Virus record (IMG/VR): IMGVR_UViG_3300022562_002172
Location: 1 to 63,201 of that record
Reading direction: 5' to 3' (one strand)
Length of the DNA: 63,201 bases
Source: a virus
Taxonomy: Duplodnaviria; Caudoviricetes
The notes below the pieces were generated by a model that saw nothing but the letters and a program-made list of their open reading frames with translations, had not been told where the DNA came from and made no database searches. Shown in pieces: positions 55,083 through 63,119 of this stretch. A program made the position numbers and the translations under genes. Every line of letters starts with the position of its first letter. Position 1 is the first letter of the stretch.

Positions 55083-55926
55083 CCCAGGACGGCTCCTTCG
55101 GACCGGCGAACACGATCATCTCCTTGACCGACTTTCTGTAATCCGCCGGACCTCCGACGGATCGGGTGCCGGTAAGCCAGTCGAAGTCGAATTTCCCGTA
55201 CAGACCGACGGCCTCTTTGGCCGACGAGTTCGAGAGCACCGCACGCACGCCCTTCTTCGAGAGCGAACCGAAGAGTTTAGCTAGCCTCTCATGATCTTCG
55301 AGGCTGAAGCCGGAAGCCGTGTACCTGTCGAAGCTCGAGGTGCTGGACAGCGGGATGTACGGCGGGTCGAAGTAGACAGCGTCGCCCGGAAGCGCGCCGT
55401 CCAGCATCCCCTCGAAGTCCCCCTCGTGAAGCTCAACGGACTTCAAGAGCTCAGATACCGCCCTCAGGTTCTCGGCGTCGCAGATGACCGGGTCCTTGTA
55501 CTGGCCGAACGGCGCGTTGAACCTTCCCTCCGCGTTGACCCGGTACAGCCCGTTGAAGCATGTCCTGTTCAGGTAGATGAAGCGCGCGGCCCTCTTGACG
55601 GGATCCATCTCCCCCGGGTCCTCCCCGCGGATCCGGAGGTATACGCTCTTTTCGTATGCGTATCGCTTCTTCCTGAGCTCGGTCACGAGCTCGGTGACGG
55701 AAGACTGGACAACGCGCCAGGCGTTCATGAGCTCCGGGTTGTTGTCTCCGATCACGGCGCGTCCGAACCTGCCTGCTTTCGCCATCTCGATGAAGACGGC
55801 ACCCCCACCCACCATTGGCTCGTAGTAGGTATCGCACCGGTCCGGAAGCCTTCCGAGGACGTGCACTGCCATGCGGCCCTTTCCTCCGAGCCACTTGACG
55901 AACGGGTACGGGGGCTTCTTCGACAT
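55066..55926 (-). CDS. dam: DNA adenine methyltransferase (Dam family)
   Basis: KWLGGK, YYEP..GGGAV, YLNRTCFNGLYRVN, YFDPPY. Confidence 0.93.
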   Translation of the reverse strand: MSKKPPYPFVKWLGGKGRMAVHVLGRLPDRCDTYYEPMVGGGAVFIEMAKAGRFGRAVIGDNNPELMNAWRVVQSSVTELVTELRKKRYAYEKSVYLRIRGEDPGEMDPVKRAARFIYLNRTCFNGLYRVNAEGRFNAPFGQYKDPVICDAENLRAVSELLKSVELHEGDFEGMLDGALPGDAVYFDPPYIPLSSTSSFDRYTASGFSLEDHERLAKLFGSLSKKGVRAVLSNSSAKEAVGLYGKFDFDWLTGTRSVGGPADYRKSVKEMIVFAGPKEPSWDDATD

Positions 55927-55945
55927 GTGCGACAATACAGCCGCC

Positions 55946-56173
55946 TCAGCTGCACATGACGTCGTAGACGGCGAACTCCTCTTCCGTCATGAAACAAGCT
56001 CCGCTATCAGAGTACACCCTCCTCTTACCCTCGATCTCAACGTACCCGTGCCTCACCATCCCGCGTCGGCCGTGAGCCGACACGCCATCAACGATGTCGA
56101 GCCCCTTCCACACGGTGACTTCGTCCCCCTCCCTGAATCTGTCAAGCGGAAACTTGGACGGATCCGGCCTCAC
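55946..56173 (-). CDS. Small protein with VYDVMCS tail
   Basis: GTGA overlap; ends EEEFAVYDVMCS. Confidence 0.6.
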   Translation of the reverse strand: MRPDPSKFPLDRFREGDEVTVWKGLDIVDGVSAHGRRGMVRHGYVEIEGKRRVYSDSGACFMTEEEFAVYDVMCS

Positions 56174-56910
56174 TCTTCCATGATACGCTTCACGAGCATC
56201 ACATTGCATTTCCTCAAGCCGTGGTCACGCCGGCGTTTCCCGTGCCGATTCCTATACTCGACGACGGAAAAACACCGCGGGCAGACTTCCTTAGGAGGAG
56301 ACGTTTCCTTCTTAGGGATGGGCTCGTCGAAGTAACCCATTCTCCTCCCATACTCGACGTACACGGCTCCGTCTTCGAGCAGCTCGAATCCGCGCCCGTC
56401 AAAGATCACGGTCCTCCGCGATCTTTCGAGTTGTCGGATTCGGCGTTGGATCTCCTTCTTCGGGACGCGCACGAACTTTCCTCTGGCGTCACGCTTCCAA
56501 CTACTGACCTCATACTCGTTGATCGATGTAACCCACTTCTTTCCGTCCCACTCAACCTGTCCTTGGTCTGTTTGGTACCGGATCGGGCTCCCATCCTCCG
56601 CGAGCTTTGGGAGGTCCATGGGGCCTCTAACAAAACCATCCTTTGCCAGGGTTAGAAGGGCCACTGCCGCGCCCCACGCCTCGATTCCGAGCCTCATAGC
56701 CACACGGCTCGGGATTAGATAATCTGGCTTCCCAGGAACCCCGAGGATCCCGAGACTCTTCCTGCGGCCAGGACGGAACGGAATGTGATACAGAGCTTGG
56801 AGCACGACAGCTCTGTGGGCGGCCGCTGGGTCCGGGGCCCTGCGAGCCTTCGCGCTCGCACGCTTCCGTCCGCGCGGATCCGCGGGCTCGTGCTCTTCCC
56901 AGTCCTCCAT
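56170..56910 (-). CDS. Hypothetical protein with Zn module and VKRIMEE tail
   Basis: CPRC...H....C then VKRIMEE. Confidence 0.7.
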   Translation of the reverse strand: MEDWEEHEPADPRGRKRASAKARRAPDPAAAHRAVVLQALYHIPFRPGRRKSLGILGVPGKPDYLIPSRVAMRLGIEAWGAAVALLTLAKDGFVRGPMDLPKLAEDGSPIRYQTDQGQVEWDGKKWVTSINEYEVSSWKRDARGKFVRVPKKEIQRRIRQLERSRRTVIFDGRGFELLEDGAVYVEYGRRMGYFDEPIPKKETSPPKEVCPRCFSVVEYRNRHGKRRRDHGLRKCNVMLVKRIMEE

Positions 56911-56937
56911 TTGGCGTCCCTGGCAGGATTACATCGG

Positions 56938-57012
56938 CACCCCAGGCAGGATTCGAACCTGCGACAGACCCGGTTTAGGAAACCGGCGCGCTATCCTCTG
57001 CGCCACTGGGGT
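56938..57012 (-). tRNA. tRNA-Arg(CCU)
   Basis: ACCCCAG/CTGGGGT acceptor, CCGGT-TTCCTAA-ACCGG, GGTTCGAATCC. Confidence 0.88.
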
Positions 57013-57370
57013 TCAAACCTAGACGCACCGCCGTCCTAAGACGATGGCATGTCGCGCATACCAAATCACATTTCGCTATCTCTTCCTGAACTTTTTTGAG
57101 AGGGGAGTTTCTCACCATGATCGACAAGTCTTTCAGTTTCTCACCGCGTACGTGATCATAGTCCATGGCGAACCAGTGGAATGACCTTCCACAATCCGTG
57201 CATGGTTCGGATTTCGCTTTACGGATGAAATCCTGATTCTCCGCTTGGTATCTGGCGTTATTCGCCTTCACCCTCCGGTGTTGCGAGGCTCTGTTTTTCT
57301 TGTACCACTCCCTGTTGTACCGCCTTTGACACTCTTTGCATCCCCGAATCTTCCCACATTCGCAGGCCAT
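56975..57370 (-). CDS. HNH homing-type endonuclease
   Basis: CKEC, PCTDCG, DYDH..G.K, EIAKCDLVCATCHRLRT; visibly lower GC than flanks. Confidence 0.88.
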   Translation of the reverse strand: MACECGKIRGCKECQRRYNREWYKKNRASQHRRVKANNARYQAENQDFIRKAKSEPCTDCGRSFHWFAMDYDHVRGEKLKDLSIMVRNSPLKKVQEEIAKCDLVCATCHRLRTAVRLGLNPSGAEDSAPVS

Positions 57371-57396
57371 TCCTAACTCTACTTGAGAGTTAGGAA
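57370..57396 (-). promoter_or_regulatory. 11-bp hairpin covering the HNH translation start
   Basis: TTCCTAACTCT-CAAGT-AGAGTTAGGAA; last A is the A of ATG. Confidence 0.7.
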
Positions 57397-57427
57397 ACCG
57401 ATGCGCTATCCGCTGCGCCACAGGGAC
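57390..57427 (-). pseudogene. 5' half of a second tRNA-Arg(CCU)
   Basis: GTCCCTG TG GCGC AGCGGATA GCGC A TCGGT TTCCTAA, then sequence diverges. Confidence 0.8.
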
Positions 57428-57490
57428 ATTCGTCTTATCAGCCCTCCCGATATTACGCCCGGCACATGCAGACCTGCGTAGCGTGTCCGA

Positions 57491-58114
57491 ATGCCGAAAG
57501 GAACTAGGGAAGTGTTCAAGGTCCGGCTTTTGCTCGACCGTCAGCAGAGGGCGATCTGGAGTCAGCTCGAGGTCCAGGCTGCGTCCGTGGACGGAATAGT
57601 CCGCGAGCGAATGGGGCAACAGGCGACCGCCGGCATCGATCTGCACAGGGATTTCTTCATGAAGTCGATCGTGGAACGCTGTGAGAAAGCCGCTCCGGAC
57701 CTGGATAGGCCGGCAGTGGAGAATCTCGTGGATCAATACAGGACGGCGTTCCTGTTCAGACAAAGATCGGGGGCAGATATGAACCGAAAGAGGAAGACCA
57801 TCCCTGAGGTCCTGGTTCGGAAGGAAGATGTTGCCTTCTCCGTCACCGGGCACATCGTTCGAATCCCACATCTCGGGGCCGTCCGCTACCGGCCAAACAA
57901 GTTTATAGTCGTGCCACCGGACGCTGGAGAGGTGTCGGCCGAAAAAGTGTGGCTCAATCAGAATATCCACAGGATGTTCCTTTTTCGCCAGACGGCAGAC
58001 CATCTCCTAATCATCGACTGCTCCGATCAGGAGGAGGTGGAGAGGCGGCGTACCTTCAAGAAGGAAAAGAAGCTCCGCCGGTCCGAGGCGGCGAAGAAGT
58101 GGCTCTCCGACTGA
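57491..58114 (+). CDS. Hypothetical protein resembling the TnpB N-terminal region
   Basis: FKVRLLLDRQQ...; VRIPHLGAVRYR; no RuvC or Zn ribbon; GTAGCGT-N6-ATG. Confidence 0.5.
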   Translation: MPKGTREVFKVRLLLDRQQRAIWSQLEVQAASVDGIVRERMGQQATAGIDLHRDFFMKSIVERCEKAAPDLDRPAVENLVDQYRTAFLFRQRSGADMNRKRKTIPEVLVRKEDVAFSVTGHIVRIPHLGAVRYRPNKFIVVPPDAGEVSAEKVWLNQNIHRMFLFRQTADHLLIIDCSDQEEVERRRTFKKEKKLRRSEAAKKWLSD

Positions 58115-58144
58115 CGAGCTAGGCCCTTTTTACGGCGTCCCCGC

Positions 58145-58582
58145 GTGCTTTTGGCTCTCTCCATGCAGCCGAAGGAGGTCCTGGACGCCGGGTCGAAGGC
58201 GGCAGACACGCTAACCCAGAGCGTCCTCGGGGCCCTCGTCGTGATCCTCGTCATCACGACGGGAGTCGGCCTGTGGTTGGCGTGGAGAGCGAAGCAAGGG
58301 GAGCTGAACACGGTCCGCGACCTGCTCGAGGCGAACGCAGAGGAGAAGGTGGCTGCCAAGGACTTCGCCCTCGAGCAGATGAAAGCCTACCAGGGACTGG
58401 CCGAGGTCGTGGAGGACCACAGCAGAAAGCTCGAGCGTCTCGGGGACGACCTCGGAAGGGCCGTCAGGGACGGGGACGGGGCCTCCTCGGCGGCGCTCAA
58501 GGAGCTCGGGAAGAGGATAGACTCCCTCGCCGGAGCGGTGCCTGGGGTGGACACGAAGAAGTATTACGAGGGTAGGGACTGA
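58145..58582 (+). CDS. Membrane protein with coiled coil (possible lysis gene)
   Basis: One TM helix followed by a helical region. Confidence 0.6.
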   Translation: MLLALSMQPKEVLDAGSKAADTLTQSVLGALVVILVITTGVGLWLAWRAKQGELNTVRDLLEANAEEKVAAKDFALEQMKAYQGLAEVVEDHSRKLERLGDDLGRAVRDGDGASSAALKELGKRIDSLAGAVPGVDTKKYYEGRD

Positions 58583-58584
58583 CC

Positions 58585-58833
58585 GTGGGGATCGGGACCT
58601 TCTTCAGGACCATATTCGGCGCCTCCAAGGAAGAGGCCGATCTGAAGCGCCGGGCGGCTGAAGAGGTCAGGAAGACGAAGGACGGGACCTCCTCCATAGA
58701 GGAGGCCAAGATCCGGCTTCAGGAGGCCCAGCGCCGGATCCACAGGCGAGCGGACGAGATAAAGCAGGCCGACGGCCTGGCTGGAGGGACGGATGGCGGA
58801 AGAGAAGGGACCCCAGTCCCAGGAACCGGATGA
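58585..58833 (+). CDS. Small coiled-coil protein
   Basis: ORF in operon. Confidence 0.55.
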   Translation: MGIGTFFRTIFGASKEEADLKRRAAEEVRKTKDGTSSIEEAKIRLQEAQRRIHRRADEIKQADGLAGGTDGGREGTPVPGTG

Positions 58834-59524
58834 CCAGTCGAAGCTCAGCGAGACCCTATCGTCAGAGAAGGGCCTCGCCGGGATAGCGAAGGGCCGGGAG
58901 ATGCTTACCGAGGCTACGAGCTCGAAGCCTCCACCCCCGCGCGAGGCAATGGGCTCTGTCAGCGAGGTCGGAGAGGCGACGGAAAAGCTGACCGGGGCCG
59001 TGGACCAGATGGTATCCCCGCTCCTGCTCGCGCTCGGATTGCTTGACTCCGCGGTCAAGTGGCTGAAGCTGCTGACCGCCGGTGTGTGCGTCGCCACGGC
59101 GCTGATCGTCTTCATCGCCGTCCGCATCGAGATGGCCTCCTCCGCGGCCCAGGCCGCCTCGAAAGAGGTCTCCGAGGCGAAGCAGGCGGTGAAGGACGCC
59201 CGGGAAGAGCTGACGAAGGCGAACGGAGAGCTCAAGCAGGTCAGGGACGACCTCCTGACTCTGAAGGCCGAGGCCGCGAAGCAGGCGGTCGACCAGGCCT
59301 CCCAGCCGAAGATCGTCCCCGGGGACAGGCCGGGGGAGGTCGCCATCGTAACGCCGGCGATAGCCCCGAGGGACATCGAGAAGGCGAAGAAGGCGGCGGA
59401 GCAGGCGGTGAAGGCCGGGAAGGAGCCGCCTCCGCTTCCGGAGGCCGGGAAGGCCACGAAGATCCCCGCCCAGCTAAAGCCGGCCGAGGTCGAGGAACTA
59501 AACGACGCCTTCAAGAAGAAGTGA
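58793..59524 (+). CDS. Membrane-anchored coiled-coil protein
   Basis: TM segment then Ala/Lys/Glu coiled coil. Confidence 0.6.
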   Translation: MAEEKGPQSQEPDDQSKLSETLSSEKGLAGIAKGREMLTEATSSKPPPPREAMGSVSEVGEATEKLTGAVDQMVSPLLLALGLLDSAVKWLKLLTAGVCVATALIVFIAVRIEMASSAAQAASKEVSEAKQAVKDAREELTKANGELKQVRDDLLTLKAEAAKQAVDQASQPKIVPGDRPGEVAIVTPAIAPRDIEKAKKAAEQAVKAGKEPPPLPEAGKATKIPAQLKPAEVEELNDAFKKK

Positions 59525-59526
59525 CG

Positions 59527-59706
59527 TCAGCCCTCGTCCTGCTCCTCGTCGCCCCCGCATTCGGGGCATAGGACCTTCTCCCCGAGAGTCCAACCGGCGT
59601 CCCGCAGCATCTGTAGCAGGTCCCCGTACGTCTCGTCTTCTGAGTCGAACGTGATCGCCTGGCCCTGAAGGCATTTATCGCAGCGGACTCTGAAGTGCAG
59701 GCCCAT
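59527..59706 (-). CDS. Small zinc-ribbon protein (not in ORF track)
   Basis: MGLHFRVRCDKC...AGW.....LCPEC. Confidence 0.6.
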   Translation of the reverse strand: MGLHFRVRCDKCLQGQAITFDSEDETYGDLLQMLRDAGWTLGEKVLCPECGGDEEQDEG

Positions 59707-59713
59707 TCCGCCC

Positions 59714-61939
59714 TCAAAGGATCAGGCCAGAGCTGTCCAGGGAGTCTAGGAGTTCATGGGCCTCCTTGTAGGTGGCCCGTGCGGTCTGGATCTCCCCGTT
59801 GATCCCGACGTTCTTGAGGTGCATGTCCACGGACTTGTCGAGGTCTACCGGCTCGATGTGGACGTGCGGCCCGAGCATGCGCTTGAACTCTTGACGCCGC
59901 GCGGGCGGGAATTCCGAGATGTCGAATTTCGAGTCGGAGTTCAGCCACTTTAGCATCTCCTCCGCGCGCTCCGGCTGGTGTTTGACGAACCACGTCATCT
60001 TCTGACGCCAGATGTGGTCAACCACTTTTCGGATCACGTCGCCGGTCGCCCCATCCAGCCTCTGCGAGGCGTAGGCCCAGTGCCTGTCCTCAAAGCCCTT
60101 CGTCGGCATGAACTCCACGTAGTGCTTGAGTATGCGTCGCCGGTCCTCCTCGCACAGCTCGCCAACGATCAAGACCTTGGAGAACCTCCGGATCATGGTC
60201 ATCGGCATGCGGCCAGGGCTGTTGGTGGCAGCGACTATCGTCAGGTTGGGGTAGTGGACCACGCCGTCCATCAGGATCTGGAACTCCAGGGTCAGGTCGA
60301 CCTCCCCGCTCGTCTTGAGTTCCTGCTTCTTCATGACCGAGTCGGCCTCGTCGAGCAGGATGTATACGTGCTTGCCGGACTCCTTCTGGAGCTTGACAGC
60401 CCCCTCGAAGAGGCGCTTCGGATTCTTCTCCGCCTCCCCGAGCCAACAGGTCAGGAAGTCGGATCCCTGGGCGAAGACGGAGATAGATCCCCGGTCGGCG
60501 CCGATCGCCCGAAGGACCTGCGACTTTCCGCAGCCCTGGGGGCCGATCATGAGAACGTTGGACTTGTCGGCCGTCCGGCTCGGGCTGGTGGCTACGAACA
60601 GGTCGTGCCACTTCGAGCCAAGCTCGATAGACTCGACGTGCTCCTTGATCTCCTGGAAGCCAGACCCCCAGATCTCCTCGATGGAGACCTTAGGGCGCTC
60701 GCCAGGGACGACCGTGAGCTGTCCGTGAGCCTTCTCGTTGAGCTGGTTCTTCACGCCCATGCGGCAGATGTAGAAGGTGTTCTCTCCGAGGTTGTGGCGC
60801 CCGAGCTCCGCTCGGCGCTGCAGGACGTATTGGACGACCTTCAGCGGAGCCTCCGGGTCGTCGGATCGCAGAATCTCAACGATCCCCGCGAGAGTCTCGT
60901 TCACGAACTTGTTCTGGAAGCGCTCCTCGGGGGTCAGGAGGACGGCCCGATCCTTGTACTTGACCAGGCTCGGGTCCATGTCCGCGATGTTCTGGAGCGC
61001 GACCTCGAGCTCGGCCCTCTGCGGGACCCTCGCGTACGGGGGCTCCCAGCGGTTCGCGGCCGCCGCGATGTGCTTCGCGAACACCTTCTCGAGCTTCTCG
61101 CTCCAGCCCCAGACGTCGTAGAGGGCGCCGCACAGGAACTGGATGAAATACCCCTGCTTCCGAGCGAAGCTCCCGAGAGGCTCGTCCGAGAGGGCGCGGG
61201 CGAGGATCTGGGCCTTACGCCTCGTGTAGGCGGACACACTGTCCGGGTTGTCCCCGGCGTCAATCTCCCCGTGCAGATCGATGTTTTCGAAGATCGACAG
61301 GGCCACGTCGGTCAGGATCGGGTCACCGTGGATTTGGAGGCCGTCGATCGAGTGGCGCTTCACGAGGTCCCGGTAGTAACCGTCGAGGACCTTGATTACC
61401 TCGTACGCGTAGTCGAGCGTGTGAGCTTTGACGGCGCTGATACCGAACAGGGCCCCGGCGTACCGCTCGAGGGCCTGTCCGTTGAGGTGCGCAAACTGCT
61501 GCATCTTCTGCACGTCCGCCTCGATGGAGTCCATGCCGTCCGGCGGGAGATACAGGCCCTGTGGATCGAGGACCTTGACCAGCCCGAGGGACGCCCGAAA
61601 GAGGTCCCGGACGAGGGACAAGGCGCGGAAGGAGACACGGAGGAACTGGTTGTCCGACGCCAGATGTGCCGTCTCCAGCTTTTCGTCCTCCAACCCCTCC
61701 GTCGCGTCGTGCTGATTGATGAGCTTCATGGAGCTCCGGATCTCCTGGCTCATCACATTGTTCGCCCGGGCCAGAGGATCCATGTAGGAATCCAGCGTCC
61801 GGCTCCGCTCCTTCACGGACTCGCAGATTCGGGCGAAGGCTGCCTCGTCCTTCTTGATCTGGACGATGCTGACGGACTCCCGGAACATGGCGGGGCCGAA
61901 GGAGACGGTGGACGCGGAAGAGGAGAGATTCCAGTTCAT
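59714..61939 (-). CDS. AAA+ ATPase with long N-terminal domain
   Basis: Walker A GPQGCGKS, pore-loop WLGE, Walker B LLDEAD, AATN...IRRF. Confidence 0.9.
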   Translation of the reverse strand: MNWNLSSSASTVSFGPAMFRESVSIVQIKKDEAAFARICESVKERSRTLDSYMDPLARANNVMSQEIRSSMKLINQHDATEGLEDEKLETAHLASDNQFLRVSFRALSLVRDLFRASLGLVKVLDPQGLYLPPDGMDSIEADVQKMQQFAHLNGQALERYAGALFGISAVKAHTLDYAYEVIKVLDGYYRDLVKRHSIDGLQIHGDPILTDVALSIFENIDLHGEIDAGDNPDSVSAYTRRKAQILARALSDEPLGSFARKQGYFIQFLCGALYDVWGWSEKLEKVFAKHIAAAANRWEPPYARVPQRAELEVALQNIADMDPSLVKYKDRAVLLTPEERFQNKFVNETLAGIVEILRSDDPEAPLKVVQYVLQRRAELGRHNLGENTFYICRMGVKNQLNEKAHGQLTVVPGERPKVSIEEIWGSGFQEIKEHVESIELGSKWHDLFVATSPSRTADKSNVLMIGPQGCGKSQVLRAIGADRGSISVFAQGSDFLTCWLGEAEKNPKRLFEGAVKLQKESGKHVYILLDEADSVMKKQELKTSGEVDLTLEFQILMDGVVHYPNLTIVAATNSPGRMPMTMIRRFSKVLIVGELCEEDRRRILKHYVEFMPTKGFEDRHWAYASQRLDGATGDVIRKVVDHIWRQKMTWFVKHQPERAEEMLKWLNSDSKFDISEFPPARRQEFKRMLGPHVHIEPVDLDKSVDMHLKNVGINGEIQTARATYKEAHELLDSLDSSGLIL

Positions 61940-61976
61940 GACGGAAGGACACGTTACGTTGAAGGGACACGATCGG

Positions 61977-62048
61977 TAGGCGGGACAGGGGTCGAACCTG
62001 CGACGTCCGGCTTGTAAGGCCAGCGCTCTACCACTGAGCTACCCGCCC
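61977..62048 (-). tRNA. tRNA-Val(UAC)
   Basis: GGGCGGG acceptor, CTGGC-CTTACAA-GCCGG, GGTTCGACCCC. Confidence 0.92.
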
Positions 62049-63031
62049 GAATCTTGTGCCGTAGCCCCGGCATCCCCAGGGTCCCACGGCGGTGGGCCGT
62101 CCGCTGTCCACGCGGCCCCGACCTCCCATATCTCGTCCACGGGAGGATAGGCGCTGACGTGGCGCTCGACCCTTTGGCCCCCGTCCGGGAGCTCGGTGCT
62201 GACGATCAAGAAGGCCCGCCTTCCGCGGACCCCGCTCTGGACCTTGTGACGGTATGTCGCCGACTTCCTCCACGGATGCCGCCTGTAGCGGCGCTGGAAG
62301 TCGTCCGTCCAGGAGAAGGTGGAACTGAAGCTGACCTTTGTTTCCTGGGCGTCGCGGCCCCAGAAGGTGACGCCGACCTCGCATTCCTTCCCTCCGTCCG
62401 AGATGACGCCGACGTCCGTGGACACGCGGATCGGCCATGGGAACGGGTTCTTGACGACGAGGTCGGAGGAGTAGCACATCCCGCCGTCGGACTCACACTC
62501 TGGCGGGAAAGCGACGGTCGCGTCCAGCCCGGCCATGATATAGGAAGACGGCCTCGAGTGCGGCAAACGGCGGACGACCTTCAAACCTGAAGCAAGGGCC
62601 GCGGCGTGCATCGTGGAGCTCACCTGACAGACGCCCCCGCCGACATCCGGGGTCAGCTCGCCCATGAAGATGACCGGGGCCTCCACGAACCCCGCCTCCT
62701 TGGAGCGGACCCCGACCGCGGCGTTGAAGCTGAGGTCCTCCCCGGGGGCGACGACCTTGCCGTCGAGCTTCTTGGCCGCGAGCTCGATGTTCTCCGCCCG
62801 TGGGGCGGCCTTGCCGGCGCAGCCGTACCTGGTCACGTACGACCCGAGAACCTGGTTAAACGGACGGACGTCGAGCTCTTCGGGGGAAAAGGTCGCCCTC
62901 GGCGCCGGGGTTGCCAGGGGGGATGAATCCGACAGATCCGGCGCCGGGGGCTGGTTAGTCTCTCTGCCGCAGGACGACAAAAGGCCTGCGGCTACCGTGA
63001 GCGCGAACGGCATGAGCTGCGTCACGGCCAA
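62039..63031 (-). CDS. VanW-family lipoprotein
   Basis: Lipobox-like LSSC, NIELAA..LDG, SFN..VG.R, GGGVCQVSST, HS, GLDATV. Confidence 0.88.
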   Translation of the reverse strand: MAVTQLMPFALTVAAGLLSSCGRETNQPPAPDLSDSSPLATPAPRATFSPEELDVRPFNQVLGSYVTRYGCAGKAAPRAENIELAAKKLDGKVVAPGEDLSFNAAVGVRSKEAGFVEAPVIFMGELTPDVGGGVCQVSSTMHAAALASGLKVVRRLPHSRPSSYIMAGLDATVAFPPECESDGGMCYSSDLVVKNPFPWPIRVSTDVGVISDGGKECEVGVTFWGRDAQETKVSFSSTFSWTDDFQRRYRRHPWRKSATYRHKVQSGVRGRRAFLIVSTELPDGGQRVERHVSAYPPVDEIWEVGAAWTADGPPPWDPGDAGATAQDSGG

Positions 63032-63044
63032 GACATTACGCTTG

Positions 63045-63119
63045 TCGGGGTGGCGGGACTCGAACCCGCGACCTCCCGGTCCCGAACCGGGCGCGCTGCC
63101 CAGACTGCGCTACACCCCG
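63045..63119 (-). tRNA. tRNA-Pro(CGG)
   Basis: CGGGGTG/CACCCCG acceptor, CCCGG-TTCGGGA-CCGGG, GGTTCGAGTCC. Confidence 0.93.

Noticed and set aside
57013-57389. Group I intron in tRNA-Arg
   Set aside because: Interval is almost entirely HNH coding with no room for an intron core; the downstream tRNA is already complete and pairs poorly with the upstream half
57371-58003. N-terminal extension of the HNH ORF (342 aa in the track)
   Set aside because: Runs antisense to 57491-58114 and through the half tRNA; the likely start is ATG 57370
13670-58145. Pyrimidine-rich late-promoter motif (CYYYTRT-like) upstream of 13694, 19710, 52389 and 58145
   Set aside because: Too few and too degenerate instances to support by eye
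59978-62017. 679-aa + strand ORF and similar long antisense ORFs (22791-24062, 27552-28649, 6043-7263)
   Set aside because: Shadow frames of well-supported opposite-strand genes, expected in high-GC DNA; no motifs
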